Positions 55,568-64,000 of a stretch of DNA of 64,000 bases are shown here, piece after piece. The notes beneath the pieces are model-generated. The model saw only the letters and a program-made list of their open reading frames with translations, had not been told where the DNA came from and ran no database searches. The translations under genes were made by a program, and so were the position numbers. The stretch spans positions 3,640 to 67,639 of the forward strand of contig MFQC01000011.1 of assembly GCA_001784285.1 (NCBI GenBank), written 5' to 3'. Each line of letters opens with the position of its first letter. The first letter of the stretch is position 1. Origin of the DNA: Candidatus Magasanikbacteria bacterium RIFCSPHIGHO2_02_FULL_48_18. Lineage in GTDB: Bacteria; Patescibacteriota; Patescibacteriia; Magasanikbacterales; UBA922.

Positions 55568-56523
55568 ATAGTGCATTACACGCACAATTGTGCTAAAATG
55601 AGAGTAAAATGTGGTAACATTTTTATCTATCATTTTTGCACAATTGTATGCGCAACAAGAACTATCCACAGGAGGTCGTTATTCGTAAATTGCCGGTCAA
55701 GGTGGGATTGAAGGACTTCAAGACCTACATTGATCCATATCTCTCGCGAAGCCGCAGCGGGCCGAAACAAAAGATTTCTCGCTGCAAGATTTTTAACTAC
55801 ATTCTGTACGTCCTCCACACCGGCATCCAATGGAACCAACTCAGAACGTATCACAATGAAATTCATTGGACCAACGTATACAAGTGGCACAATCGGTGGA
55901 GCCGAAATGGCAGTTACCAGAATCTGTTCGAAACCTCGGTGAAAATATTGTGTGAAAGGAGCACGCTCGATCTTTCCATTCTGCATGGTGATGCCAGTAA
56001 TACCGTGGCCAAAAAAGGGGCTACGGAATCGGGTACTCCGGGCACAAACATCAGAAAGGATTAAAAGAGCTGACCATAGCGGATAATCACGGATTCGTGA
56101 TTGCCCCACTTATCGTCAGACCTGTTAATGAACATGATACCATATTACTGCGAGAGGGGGTGGACGGACTCGCTGATTTCGCGTCGCTCATTGGGCTTGA
56201 TTTGCAAGACTCGTATATGACACTTGGTTCCGGATTTGATTCAGTATACAACAAGTGGTTGATCCGCTCTCATGACATGATTCCGGTCATCAAACCGAAT
56301 CGACGAGGAACCAAAGACGAGCAGAAGCTCGAACAGATGTACGCGGATTTTAATGAACCAATCTACCAACAACGCTTCAAAATTGAACGCACCTTTGCTT
56401 GGCAAGACACCTATCGCAAATTGGTTATACGGTACGAGAAGCTTGAGGCGACCCATACCGGGTTCAAATACCTGGCGTACAGTATGATCAATCTGCGAGC
56501 GGTGTTTGGGGGAAACTCGCTAT
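55568..56523 (+). mobile_element. IS5-family insertion sequence (ends approximate)
   Basis: Split transposase; imperfect ends ATAGTG.../...CGCTAT flanked by GAGTT on both sides. Confidence 0.75.
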
Positions 56524-56525
56524 GA
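55648..56525 (+). CDS. IS5-family transposase in two ORFs joined by a -1 frameshift
   Basis: ILYVLHTGIQW; HGDASNTVAKK at AAAAAAGGGG (56011-56020); -1 frame GYGIGYSGHK...RFKIERTFAW..RKLVIRYEK. Confidence 0.85.
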
Positions 56526-56601
56526 GTTCAAATATTAAACAGAGTATAGCACTTTTTTTTCATTATGACAATAGGGCAATTCGTGCTGTGGATAACTGCC
56601 C

Positions 56602-57573
56602 TTACGATTCCTTTCTTTCCCCAATAATAATGCGGATATCGTGAGGAATATTGGCATTTTGTTCTATAATTACAAAAAAAATACTATCCAATTCTGCCTT
56701 TATTTTTTGCGCTTTTTCTGTACTATCGCGATATTGCACGACCGTCTCCACGTACTCTTTACTCGGTTCATTGCCAATCGAGAGAACTCCATACCCTTTT
56801 TTGCTGAGGTCATTCTTGAGAGCTGACGCCGCTCCAGCGACCTGCGTCCCATTTAAAATATCCATGGTAATATCTTGCGGCAAAATCTCCTCTGCATCCA
56901 TATCCTCCGACGACGGAGAAGATATTGTAGACGACGGATATTCTTTGGTCGAGAGAGAGACCAGCGCAACGGCTTCCATGAGTTGTTCTTTCAAAGCAGT
57001 CAATTCAGGGTCTTCGCCGGTCATATCAAATCCGGCCAAGCGATCAATCATTCCTTGTTGGATTCTGATCTTTGCGCTCATCATATGAAATAACATATAA
57101 AACCCAACAATCGTAAAGAGAATGCTTAAAAGAGCAATAAGAACGGGAGGAGAAAACAAAGGGTGGCCTGGGCGTGCGAAATTCTCCTCTGACGTTTTCT
57201 CCCGCGCGGCGCGCATGCCATAACGAATGCACATCACAGCAAGGCCTATTCCCACAACGCCATATGCATAGCGAATCATGGCATTCCCCCAATAGGGATC
57301 TCGAATCAGCAAAAAGAAAAGCGCGCCGGCAAGGAAAAAAAAACCAACATGAAGAAATATTTTTCCGCTCCATCGAAAAAAAAGCGCGGCTATCCCAAGA
57401 ACGACCACCGCCGACGTGAGCGGATCATCAAACAAAAAATATATGAGAAGGAAAAGCAAAAAACTGATGAGCGTTTTTAGAGTATCTTCTTTGAGGTCGG
57501 CATGAACGCGGCTGACCACGGAAAGATAGACACCCCATATTTTTTTCCAATACACAAAAAGAGATGTTTTCAT
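56602..57573 (-). CDS. Membrane protein with LytR C-terminal domain
   Basis: ILNGTQVAGAA...GY....GN...T.V.Y...DIRIIIG. Confidence 0.8.
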   Translation of the reverse strand: MKTSLFVYWKKIWGVYLSVVSRVHADLKEDTLKTLISFLLFLLIYFLFDDPLTSAVVVLGIAALFFRWSGKIFLHVGFFFLAGALFFLLIRDPYWGNAMIRYAYGVVGIGLAVMCIRYGMRAAREKTSEENFARPGHPLFSPPVLIALLSILFTIVGFYMLFHMMSAKIRIQQGMIDRLAGFDMTGEDPELTALKEQLMEAVALVSLSTKEYPSSTISSPSSEDMDAEEILPQDITMDILNGTQVAGAASALKNDLSKKGYGVLSIGNEPSKEYVETVVQYRDSTEKAQKIKAELDSIFFVIIEQNANIPHDIRIIIGERKES

Positions 57574-57614
57574 GGCAAACCAGAAAAAAAGAAAACAATA
57601 CCAATGAACGCACG

Positions 57615-58841
57615 CTAGAGTTCTTTAACAAAAAAGTCGTCAAAGACCGTCCATCCATTGCCGTCAATAACGGTAATTCCCAAACCGCCCGATCGAAACT
57701 CACTATCTTTAATTTCCTGGATATCAATATATTCTGTTCCGTTGAGTGACAGAAGAAACCGCATTTGCGGCCCTTTGGCTTCCACGCGCACAATATAATC
57801 CTTGTCGTCTTGAATCGTATTGTTGCCCAATGTTCCGCTTGCGAGCGTGTCCCATCCGGCAGGATTGAATTTTAATATCTGCCATTGGTTATCCCCGACG
57901 CCGCCAACCAAAAAATAATACCCATACCCGTTGGTATAATTGCCACGCACAAACAAACCGCTCCGGCTTGCCGATTGTGGGGAAACTGTGGCCGAATAAA
58001 CAAAATCATTTTCATTTTTCAGATTGCCCAAAATGGCTCTGTTCAGACCAGTATTTCGCGCTGAAAGACGCATCTTGCCATTATGCAGATACAAATTAAA
58101 AAATTGCTCTTTATCGCCGCCCGGCACTTTCCAATCTTTTCCAAATTCATCCGGCATATTGACCACATTCAACCGATCAAGCCGCACCGTAAAAACCGAA
58201 TCAAAACGGGAAAGCAGGGTAAATTGGGTGCGCTGTATTTTGGTCCAGTCAAACGACGCATCGGACGCAATAAACGGAACAAACTGATCTCTGGGAATTT
58301 TGACAAAATTCCATCCATTTTGAAGGTTCGAAAAACTGTATGCATAATAATTTTGCAACTCGACATCTCCAAACGCAAGCTCCATGGATTCAAACGCGGA
58401 AAAATCCGAAATATGCATCATAAAGGCGACATAATTCATCTGCGACAAATCGATATCCTTTTTGAAATAGGCAAGCGCCTCATTCCGATCCACGCTGACG
58501 AGCCCCAAACTGCGCTCCCCTTCAAACACGACATTTGTATCGTACAGCGCCTGGCCCTGCCATTTTTGATTTTCTCCCTCTTCAAAATAACTAATTGGCT
58601 GAACTGCGTTCGGCGGGTAGATGCTACTGTCCAAAGAAAAATTACTATTGTCTTTGGTGAGAGCCTCGACCGACACAATGCGGTCAGCAATCGAGGACAT
58701 TGTCTGCTTTTCTTTGTTGCCGCCGACAGGAGAAGATGAAAAAAAGAAAAAAAGCCCCGCCCCGACAGCCAAAAGAAAAATCACGCCTACACCAATCAAT
58801 AATTTTCCACTCTTTTTTTTTGCAGGTTCAGAAGAACTCAT
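57615..58841 (-). CDS. Membrane-anchored beta-sandwich protein (carbohydrate-binding/DUF1080-like)
   Basis: N-terminal TM; GWN...IP; SGL.VR....GY; G.LG......FDDF.V. Confidence 0.65.
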   Translation of the reverse strand: MSSSEPAKKKSGKLLIGVGVIFLLAVGAGLFFFFSSSPVGGNKEKQTMSSIADRIVSVEALTKDNSNFSLDSSIYPPNAVQPISYFEEGENQKWQGQALYDTNVVFEGERSLGLVSVDRNEALAYFKKDIDLSQMNYVAFMMHISDFSAFESMELAFGDVELQNYYAYSFSNLQNGWNFVKIPRDQFVPFIASDASFDWTKIQRTQFTLLSRFDSVFTVRLDRLNVVNMPDEFGKDWKVPGGDKEQFFNLYLHNGKMRLSARNTGLNRAILGNLKNENDFVYSATVSPQSASRSGLFVRGNYTNGYGYYFLVGGVGDNQWQILKFNPAGWDTLASGTLGNNTIQDDKDYIVRVEAKGPQMRFLLSLNGTEYIDIQEIKDSEFRSGGLGITVIDGNGWTVFDDFFVKEL

Positions 58842-58948
58842 ATAAAAAAAATAAAGTAATATATGCGATAAAAAATATATGCCACATGTATACTATCCAT
58901 AAATTAGCATAAAAAGAAAAGAAAGTAAACACATCTCTTTCATTTCTC

Positions 58949-60790
58949 TCAAGAATTTTTACCAGAAAATTCTCTATTCAAAAATACCGCCACTTGATCA
59001 TCTTGGTACACCGCCTCAAATGATTCTTCTTGAATCAGCCAGAGATATTGAGAAAAATCATATTCCAAGGCAAGAATAACGTATTTGACACCCATGCCAT
59101 CGAGAAAAAACGCAACGTCGCCGTGCGGAATCTGTTCGCGGACAATGGCCCACTCAATCTCTTTTGATTCTGGCCGCAGGCTGGTGGTATAGATGCTCCC
59201 CTTTTCAATATTATCGCCGGCAATCACTTTTTTGCCAAAAAAAACACCCGCCGGATTTCCAACGACGCGATACTCGGTGAAACTCAAGGGGAGATACCGG
59301 TGCCATGGCAAAAAAAGAACACGATATGACGATTCATCCTTTACCAAAATGTCACGCGCCGCATACCAACCCTTAGGATAAACCGAGGCGCTTATTTGGC
59401 CGCCAAACCCAAAAAACATGAGGGGCATCAAAAAAAATGGCAAAAAAACAAGAAAAAATCGAAAAAAATGGAGCCCCACCCCGCAGAGCGGGGTGGTACC
59501 AGTTGTCACCGCCCGGTGGGGCGGAATCCGCCGACCAACCGACTCCACGGCTAAAACCATGGCATCATTTGGCGGATGACGCTGAAAAAATGGAAAAATA
59601 ATCTCGATGCCTGCGCTTCCCACATACGCGAGAGAAAGCGCCAAAAGCGCCTGCCATTTTTGGGTGTCGCGCAGTCCTTCATAAAACGGAATATGCGTAA
59701 AAAGCCAGTACGTCATACGTCCGCTCGCTGGGTGGCCGATACCGAGCGCCAATATCGTACTTACGAGCATAAGGAAAAAAAACGCTCCGACCAGCCATAT
59801 ACGCGCTATCGGGGACGGTTCTTTGCTTGTTTTTATCGAACCAAAACGGAGACAACGGAGACATCTTCTTAAAAATATAAAAATAGGTACAAAACACAAC
59901 GCCAACAGCAGAAGATGCCACACAGTCCATCCGGGAACGACATTCCGCGGCAAGAGATATCGGAAGTCGCGCTCGCCCCAAAAACCATGCAAAGAAAAAA
60001 TGGTAGATATGGAAGATCCTAAATTGCCATAAGACGGAACTTCTGTTCCAAATTCAATAAAATCATTCCAGGTGATATGTGCGAGCGTTTGCTCCACACG
60101 CCCGTAGCGAACTATCGCTCCGGCCCAAACAAGAAAAATAACAGCGCACAAAACAATCAGATAGCGCCCTAGATATTTTTTTCCGTGCGCCATGACCATG
60201 TGTCTATTCTGCCGCATGCAAAAAAAAGAACAGGACAACATGCCAACAAGCAAAACAACCAGCGGAAAAATATGAATGCTTGCGCCAAGGACAAGTGCGC
60301 TCCACACAAGCAGTCTTCCTCCGGAACGCCATCGGGGATGTTCCAAAAAATCGACGAATGCGGAAACGAGAAAAGGAAGCAATGCGTAGGCGAGCAAAAA
60401 ATTCATTTGCCCGAAGAAAAATCGCGCGTAGACAAACGCATTCCATCCATAAAAGAACCCTGCAAACAATTTTGCCGGCAAAGAAAAACGGACAAATCGG
60501 TGCATGCCGTATGCGCCCAAAAAAAGAATGCCGGCAAAATATACTTTTTCCAAGAGCCAAAGAGGAAGCCCAAAGCCCGAATGAAATATATAAAAAAACC
60601 ACACGCCAAGATGCGGAAAAAACAATCCGGGCCGTTCGGCAACGATCGGCGTTGTCCAATCCAAAAGAAAAATATCCCCCGGACGTAGCCACGGAGCGAT
60701 GACCAAAAATGCCAATGCTCCATACAGAAAAAATGGGAGAGAACGGACAAAAAACATTGATTTTTTTGGCTCCAGCCGAGAAAACAACAT
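58949..60790 (-). CDS. GT-C-like multi-pass membrane protein (AftD/YfhO-like) with an internal in-frame insertion
   Basis: PG.IF.LDW; FY.WN.FVY.R...GQ; GLRDTQKW; RVLFLPW; GVKYVIL. Start uncertain. Confidence 0.7.
   Translation of the reverse strand: MLFSRLEPKKSMFFVRSLPFFLYGALAFLVIAPWLRPGDIFLLDWTTPIVAERPGLFFPHLGVWFFYIFHSGFGLPLWLLEKVYFAGILFLGAYGMHRFVRFSLPAKLFAGFFYGWNAFVYARFFFGQMNFLLAYALLPFLVSAFVDFLEHPRWRSGGRLLVWSALVLGASIHIFPLVVLLVGMLSCSFFCMRQNRHMVMAHGKKYLGRYLIVLCAVIFLVWAGAIVRYGRVEQTLAHITWNDFIEFGTEVPSYGNLGSSISTIFSLHGFWGERDFRYLLPRNVVPGWTVWHLLLLALCFVPIFIFLRRCLRCLRFGSIKTSKEPSPIARIWLVGAFFFLMLVSTILALGIGHPASGRMTYWLFTHIPFYEGLRDTQKWQALLALSLAYVGSAGIEIIFPFFQRHPPNDAMVLAVESVGRRIPPHRAVTTGTTPLCGVGLHFFRFFLVFLPFFLMPLMFFGFGGQISASVYPKGWYAARDILVKDESSYRVLFLPWHRYLPLSFTEYRVVGNPAGVFFGKKVIAGDNIEKGSIYTTSLRPESKEIEWAIVREQIPHGDVAFFLDGMGVKYVILALEYDFSQYLWLIQEESFEAVYQDDQVAVFLNREFSGKNS
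59469..59577. mobile_element. Miniature palindromic element inserted in frame
   Basis: GC-rich hairpins CCACCCCGC/GCGGGGTGG, CCGCCC/GGGCGG and CCACGGCT-AA-AACCATGG in an AT-rich gene. Confidence 0.6.
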
Positions 60791-60821
60791 AAAAAAACTG
60801 AAAGAGTGCGAGGTTGCTTCC

Positions 60822-61205
60822 TCACGTCTTTGCCTTTTTAAGGTGAGCCCACCATCGCCGGGCAATAAGAAAGAGTACCCCCGCCATAGTACTGCCCCCA
60901 ACACAGAAAAAAATAGAGAGCGGACTCACGGGAAGCCCCAAATAATTCGCAGAAAAAATAATCAACGGCACAATTGCAAACGACAATCCGATAGAAAGCA
61001 CCAACCGTTCGAGCATGTCAATTTTTTTTTCTGATCCGGGGAACAGAATATAACTCAACACAAGCCCCGGGAGAACAGTTATATATATGAGGCCGAAAAC
61101 AATACGAAAACCTTTCACAACCCCGGTTGCCATAATACCCAACCAAAGCGAAAAAACGACCAACACGGATAAAAGAATAATAACCAAACCAATCTTCTGT
61201 TTCAT
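60822..61205 (-). CDS. DUF1616-like membrane protein
   Basis: FGL.Y..VLPG.V....LFP....D.LERLVLSIGLS. Confidence 0.75.
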   Translation of the reverse strand: MKQKIGLVIILLSVLVVFSLWLGIMATGVVKGFRIVFGLIYITVLPGLVLSYILFPGSEKKIDMLERLVLSIGLSFAIVPLIIFSANYLGLPVSPLSIFFCVGGSTMAGVLFLIARRWWAHLKKAKT

Positions 61206-61215
61206 ATGCATGGCG

Positions 61216-61659
61216 CTATGGAGATGCGTCTTCCTCGAAAAAAAAGAGTGATAAAAGAATGGCAAGAATCGTGGCGCCAACACTATACATCCAGCGAATC
61301 CACCCCGCTTGATCTATTATCAAATAGACCATAAGCCCGGTGAACAGCCCCATGCCGAGCACGTACCCCCCCTCCCATTTTGCCCGGTGTTCTCTCTTCT
61401 CTTGGCAAGAGAGATTTTTTTTAGTATACTCGGTTTGCTTTTCCGTTCGGGCATCTCCTGATTGGGGGGGATACACAAAAGAAAAAAATATCAAAAAAAG
61501 CCCCCAGGCGATACACCAACTGAAGAAAACAGGGACAAACACGCGAGAGAGCTGAAAAAATTTTTCATGAAAAAAACCAATAAAAATCAACACTACATAG
61601 AGAAAAAACGAGGCATAGAATACATATTGTATCAAAGAAAAAATGGATTTTTTCAACAT
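61216..61659 (-). CDS. Hypothetical membrane protein
   Basis: Four hydrophobic segments. Confidence 0.65.
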   Translation of the reverse strand: MLKKSIFSLIQYVFYASFFLYVVLIFIGFFHEKFFQLSRVFVPVFFSWCIAWGLFLIFFSFVYPPQSGDARTEKQTEYTKKNLSCQEKREHRAKWEGGYVLGMGLFTGLMVYLIIDQAGWIRWMYSVGATILAILLSLFFFEEDASP

Positions 61660-61747
61660 ATCCCGGCTATAACATCGAAACGAGTATAGCAAGAAAAAAA
61701 ATCCCTGACCATAGATACATACGAGTAATTGATTCCTATCTTATTGT

Positions 61748-62677
61748 ATGTCCATACTGATTACCGGCGGAGCCGGCTTCCAGGGGAGCCACCTTGCGGA
61801 GCGTCTTATACACGAAGGCCACCATGTCACCATTCTCGGCACCGATTCGGAGCGCGCGGAAAAAAATATCGCGGCAATCGGCGGACCGGTCACATGGATC
61901 CGCGGAAGCATTACGGACCAAGAAATTGTGGAAAAAACGGTTCGCAATTGCGATACGGTTATTCACTTGGCCGCCCATATCCATGTTGATGAATCCATCA
62001 AAAATCCAAGGGCGACAGTAGAGGTCAACGTGATGGGAACGCTGAACGTTCTTGAAGCGGCGAGAAAATATGGCAAACGGCTCATCCACGGCAGCAGTTG
62101 CGAAGTATATGGCGCCATGAAAGAGGGCGACGCAAGCATGGATGAAACGTATGAACTCCGCCCTTTCAGCCCGTATGCCGCGTCCAAAGCCGCAGTGGAC
62201 CGGCTGTGTTTTGCCTATGTGAAGACGTACGACATGGACATCGCAATCGTCCGCCCATTCAATGTATTTGGCGAACGCCAGAAAGACGGACCCGGCGGCG
62301 CGCTTATTCCTATTTTGGTTTCACGCGCGCTTGAAGGAGAACCGCTCACCATCTATGGAGACGGCGAACAAAAACGGGATTATATTTATATCAGCGATCT
62401 TATTGACGCCTATGTTCTCGTGTTGCGCACGCCAAACCTCAAAGGACAGGTAATCAATTTTGGGACCGGCTCTGCAACCTCGATCAAAGATATTGCCACC
62501 TATATCGGAAAAAAGCTCAACGCGCCAATCATACACGGCCCCGCGCGCCCGGGCGAAGTTTCCAATTTTGTCGCCAACATTGAAAAAGCGAAACACCTTG
62601 GCTTTTCCCCTAAAATTTCCATCTGGGAAGGCATTGACCGATACATCGCATGGAAGACACAAACCGATGCCGTATGA
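61748..62677 (+). CDS. NAD-dependent epimerase/dehydratase (dTDP-glucose 4,6-dehydratase-like)
   Basis: ITGGAGFQG; HVDES; SPYAASK; GDGEQKRDYIY. Confidence 0.92.
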   Translation: MSILITGGAGFQGSHLAERLIHEGHHVTILGTDSERAEKNIAAIGGPVTWIRGSITDQEIVEKTVRNCDTVIHLAAHIHVDESIKNPRATVEVNVMGTLNVLEAARKYGKRLIHGSSCEVYGAMKEGDASMDETYELRPFSPYAASKAAVDRLCFAYVKTYDMDIAIVRPFNVFGERQKDGPGGALIPILVSRALEGEPLTIYGDGEQKRDYIYISDLIDAYVLVLRTPNLKGQVINFGTGSATSIKDIATYIGKKLNAPIIHGPARPGEVSNFVANIEKAKHLGFSPKISIWEGIDRYIAWKTQTDAV

Positions 62678-63330
62678 AAACGATTGCGGTTATTCCGGCA
62701 TATAACGAAGCAAAACACATCGCAGAGATTGTGAGCGAAGTAAAAAAATATGTCCCGGATGTGCTCGTGATTGACGACGCATCAGCCGATGCGACGCGGG
62801 AGCTGGCGAAAAGAGCCGGCGCCACCGTGCTTCGGCATCCAATCAATCTGGGGAAAGCCGGAGCCATCAAAACAGGTTGCGACGCCGCTCTGTCTCTTCA
62901 AGCGGAAATCATTATTTTGCTTGACGGAGACGGCCAGCATGACCCCAAACATATCCCTGAATTCCTTGCCGCGTTGGACGAACAGACAGATATTGTTTTT
63001 GGTTCACGCAACGATTTGAACTCCATGCCGTTTGTCCGAAGGCTGGGGACGAAAATGCTTGAAATAAGCATGAAACGTCTTTTTCATGTCAATATTCTTG
63101 ATATGCAATGCGGATACCGCGCCTTTCGCACTCGAGTCTATGCTCTTTTGCAATGGAACTCAAACAATTATCATGCGGATGCGGAAATCACCGCGCGGGT
63201 TGGAAAAAACAACCTCCGCTATAAAGAAATTTTTATTGACACCATTTATCATGATTCATACAAAGGCATGACCATCATTGACGGCCTGACGCTTCTTGGA
63301 AAAATATTCATTTGGAAATTAACGCTATGA
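62674..63330 (+). CDS. GT2 glycosyltransferase (DPM1-like)
   Basis: IPAYNE; IDDASAD; DGDGQH; D.QCGYR. Confidence 0.92.
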   Translation: MKTIAVIPAYNEAKHIAEIVSEVKKYVPDVLVIDDASADATRELAKRAGATVLRHPINLGKAGAIKTGCDAALSLQAEIIILLDGDGQHDPKHIPEFLAALDEQTDIVFGSRNDLNSMPFVRRLGTKMLEISMKRLFHVNILDMQCGYRAFRTRVYALLQWNSNNYHADAEITARVGKNNLRYKEIFIDTIYHDSYKGMTIIDGLTLLGKIFIWKLTL

Positions 63331-63659
63331 TTACCATCCAGCTTTTCGGCGTGATTATTGGACTCAGCGCTCTGCACCTCACGCATCTGTATTATAAACG
63401 AAAACATTTTACCAAAAAGGAGCTCATTTTCTGGCTTCTCATCTGGTTTGGATTTCTCTTTATTGCGATATTTCCCATGAGTGTCCGCCCCATCGTGGGG
63501 TATTTGCATCTCAATCGGTCCATGGACCTTATCATGATTATCGCGTTTGTCATTATTTTCGGGCTTTCGTTTCACAATTATGTCATGAACCGGAGACAGT
63601 GCGACAAACTCGAACGCTTGGTTCGGGAGCTGACCATGAAAGACATAACGAAAAAATAA
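63327..63659 (+). CDS. DUF2304 family membrane protein
   Basis: Three TM segments; R..DL; LE.LVREL; follows a GT2 gene. Confidence 0.8.
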   Translation: MITIQLFGVIIGLSALHLTHLYYKRKHFTKKELIFWLLIWFGFLFIAIFPMSVRPIVGYLHLNRSMDLIMIIAFVIIFGLSFHNYVMNRRQCDKLERLVRELTMKDITKK

Positions 63660-63686
63660 AAACTATACTTGGACGATACAGCATAT

Positions 63687-64000
63687 ATGAAAAAAAACAA
63701 TTTTTTTTTCACGGTTGATGTCGAAGAATGGTTTGCCTCGACAAAAATTCTTTCTCTCGACAAAAACGCCGTCTATGAAAATTCCAGTGATACTGTGGAA
63801 ACAATGACATGGCTTATCCACCTTCTCAACAAATATAATATACGCGGAACATTTTTTTTTATTACCACCATTGCAAAACGCCATCCTGAACTAGTCCATA
63901 TGCTCTTGGAAAAAGGACACGAAATTGCACTTCATGGGATGACTCATGAACACTTGAACCACGTAACCTCTGATGCATTTGCGTCAATGGTGCGCCAGGC
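63687..64000 (+). CDS. Polysaccharide deacetylase family protein; runs off the window edge
   Basis: Manual translation FTVDVEEWF...GTFF...GHEIALHGMTH. Confidence 0.85.
   Translation, partial: MKKNNFFFTVDVEEWFASTKILSLDKNAVYENSSDTVETMTWLIHLLNKYNIRGTFFFITTIAKRHPELVHMLLEKGHEIALHGMTHEHLNHVTSDAFASMVRQ

Noticed and set aside
1-64000. Alternative genetic code (UGA=Gly as in Gracilibacteria/Absconditabacteria)
   Set aside because: Conserved genes such as rpsN, rplO and adk end at TGA at the expected lengths and translate intact in code 11.

Overview
Window from a Patescibacteria (CPR/Parcubacteria, Magasanikbacteria/Uhrbacteria-like) genome. The assignment is an inference from the absence of rpmD/L30 in the spc cluster, a solo 16S gene with an ORF-bearing insertion, a long tmRNA tag and CPR-style palindromic repeats. 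Left to right: GC-rich, myxobacterial-looking surface-protein genes flanking a non-canonical tRNA-like gene; a HEPN/MNT toxin-antitoxin array; a 2598-aa giant protein; tmRNA/smpB; infC-rpmI-rplT; tRNA-Asp; a caspase-fold protein; PEP synthase fused to a membrane-anchored extracytoplasmic domain; recO/ruvX/map/adk/secY; the spc and S10 ribosomal clusters with tuf; 16S rRNA with a GIY-YIG insertion; an IS5-family element; and envelope glycosylation genes. The most striking signal is a histidine-sensing operon at 46727-49710 (minus strand) that contains no his biosynthesis gene. A YerC/HisR-type repressor sits behind a HisR-like operator, and its own His-rich C-terminus looks like the leader of a complete attenuator. 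It is followed by a divergent alanine-racemase-fold enzyme, a second unannotated His-rich leader peptide (MRIRIAQGNVHTHVHVHRH) and a divergent cysteine-synthase-fold PLP enzyme. This suggests an undescribed histidine salvage or synthesis route. All calls were made by eye; no searches were run.
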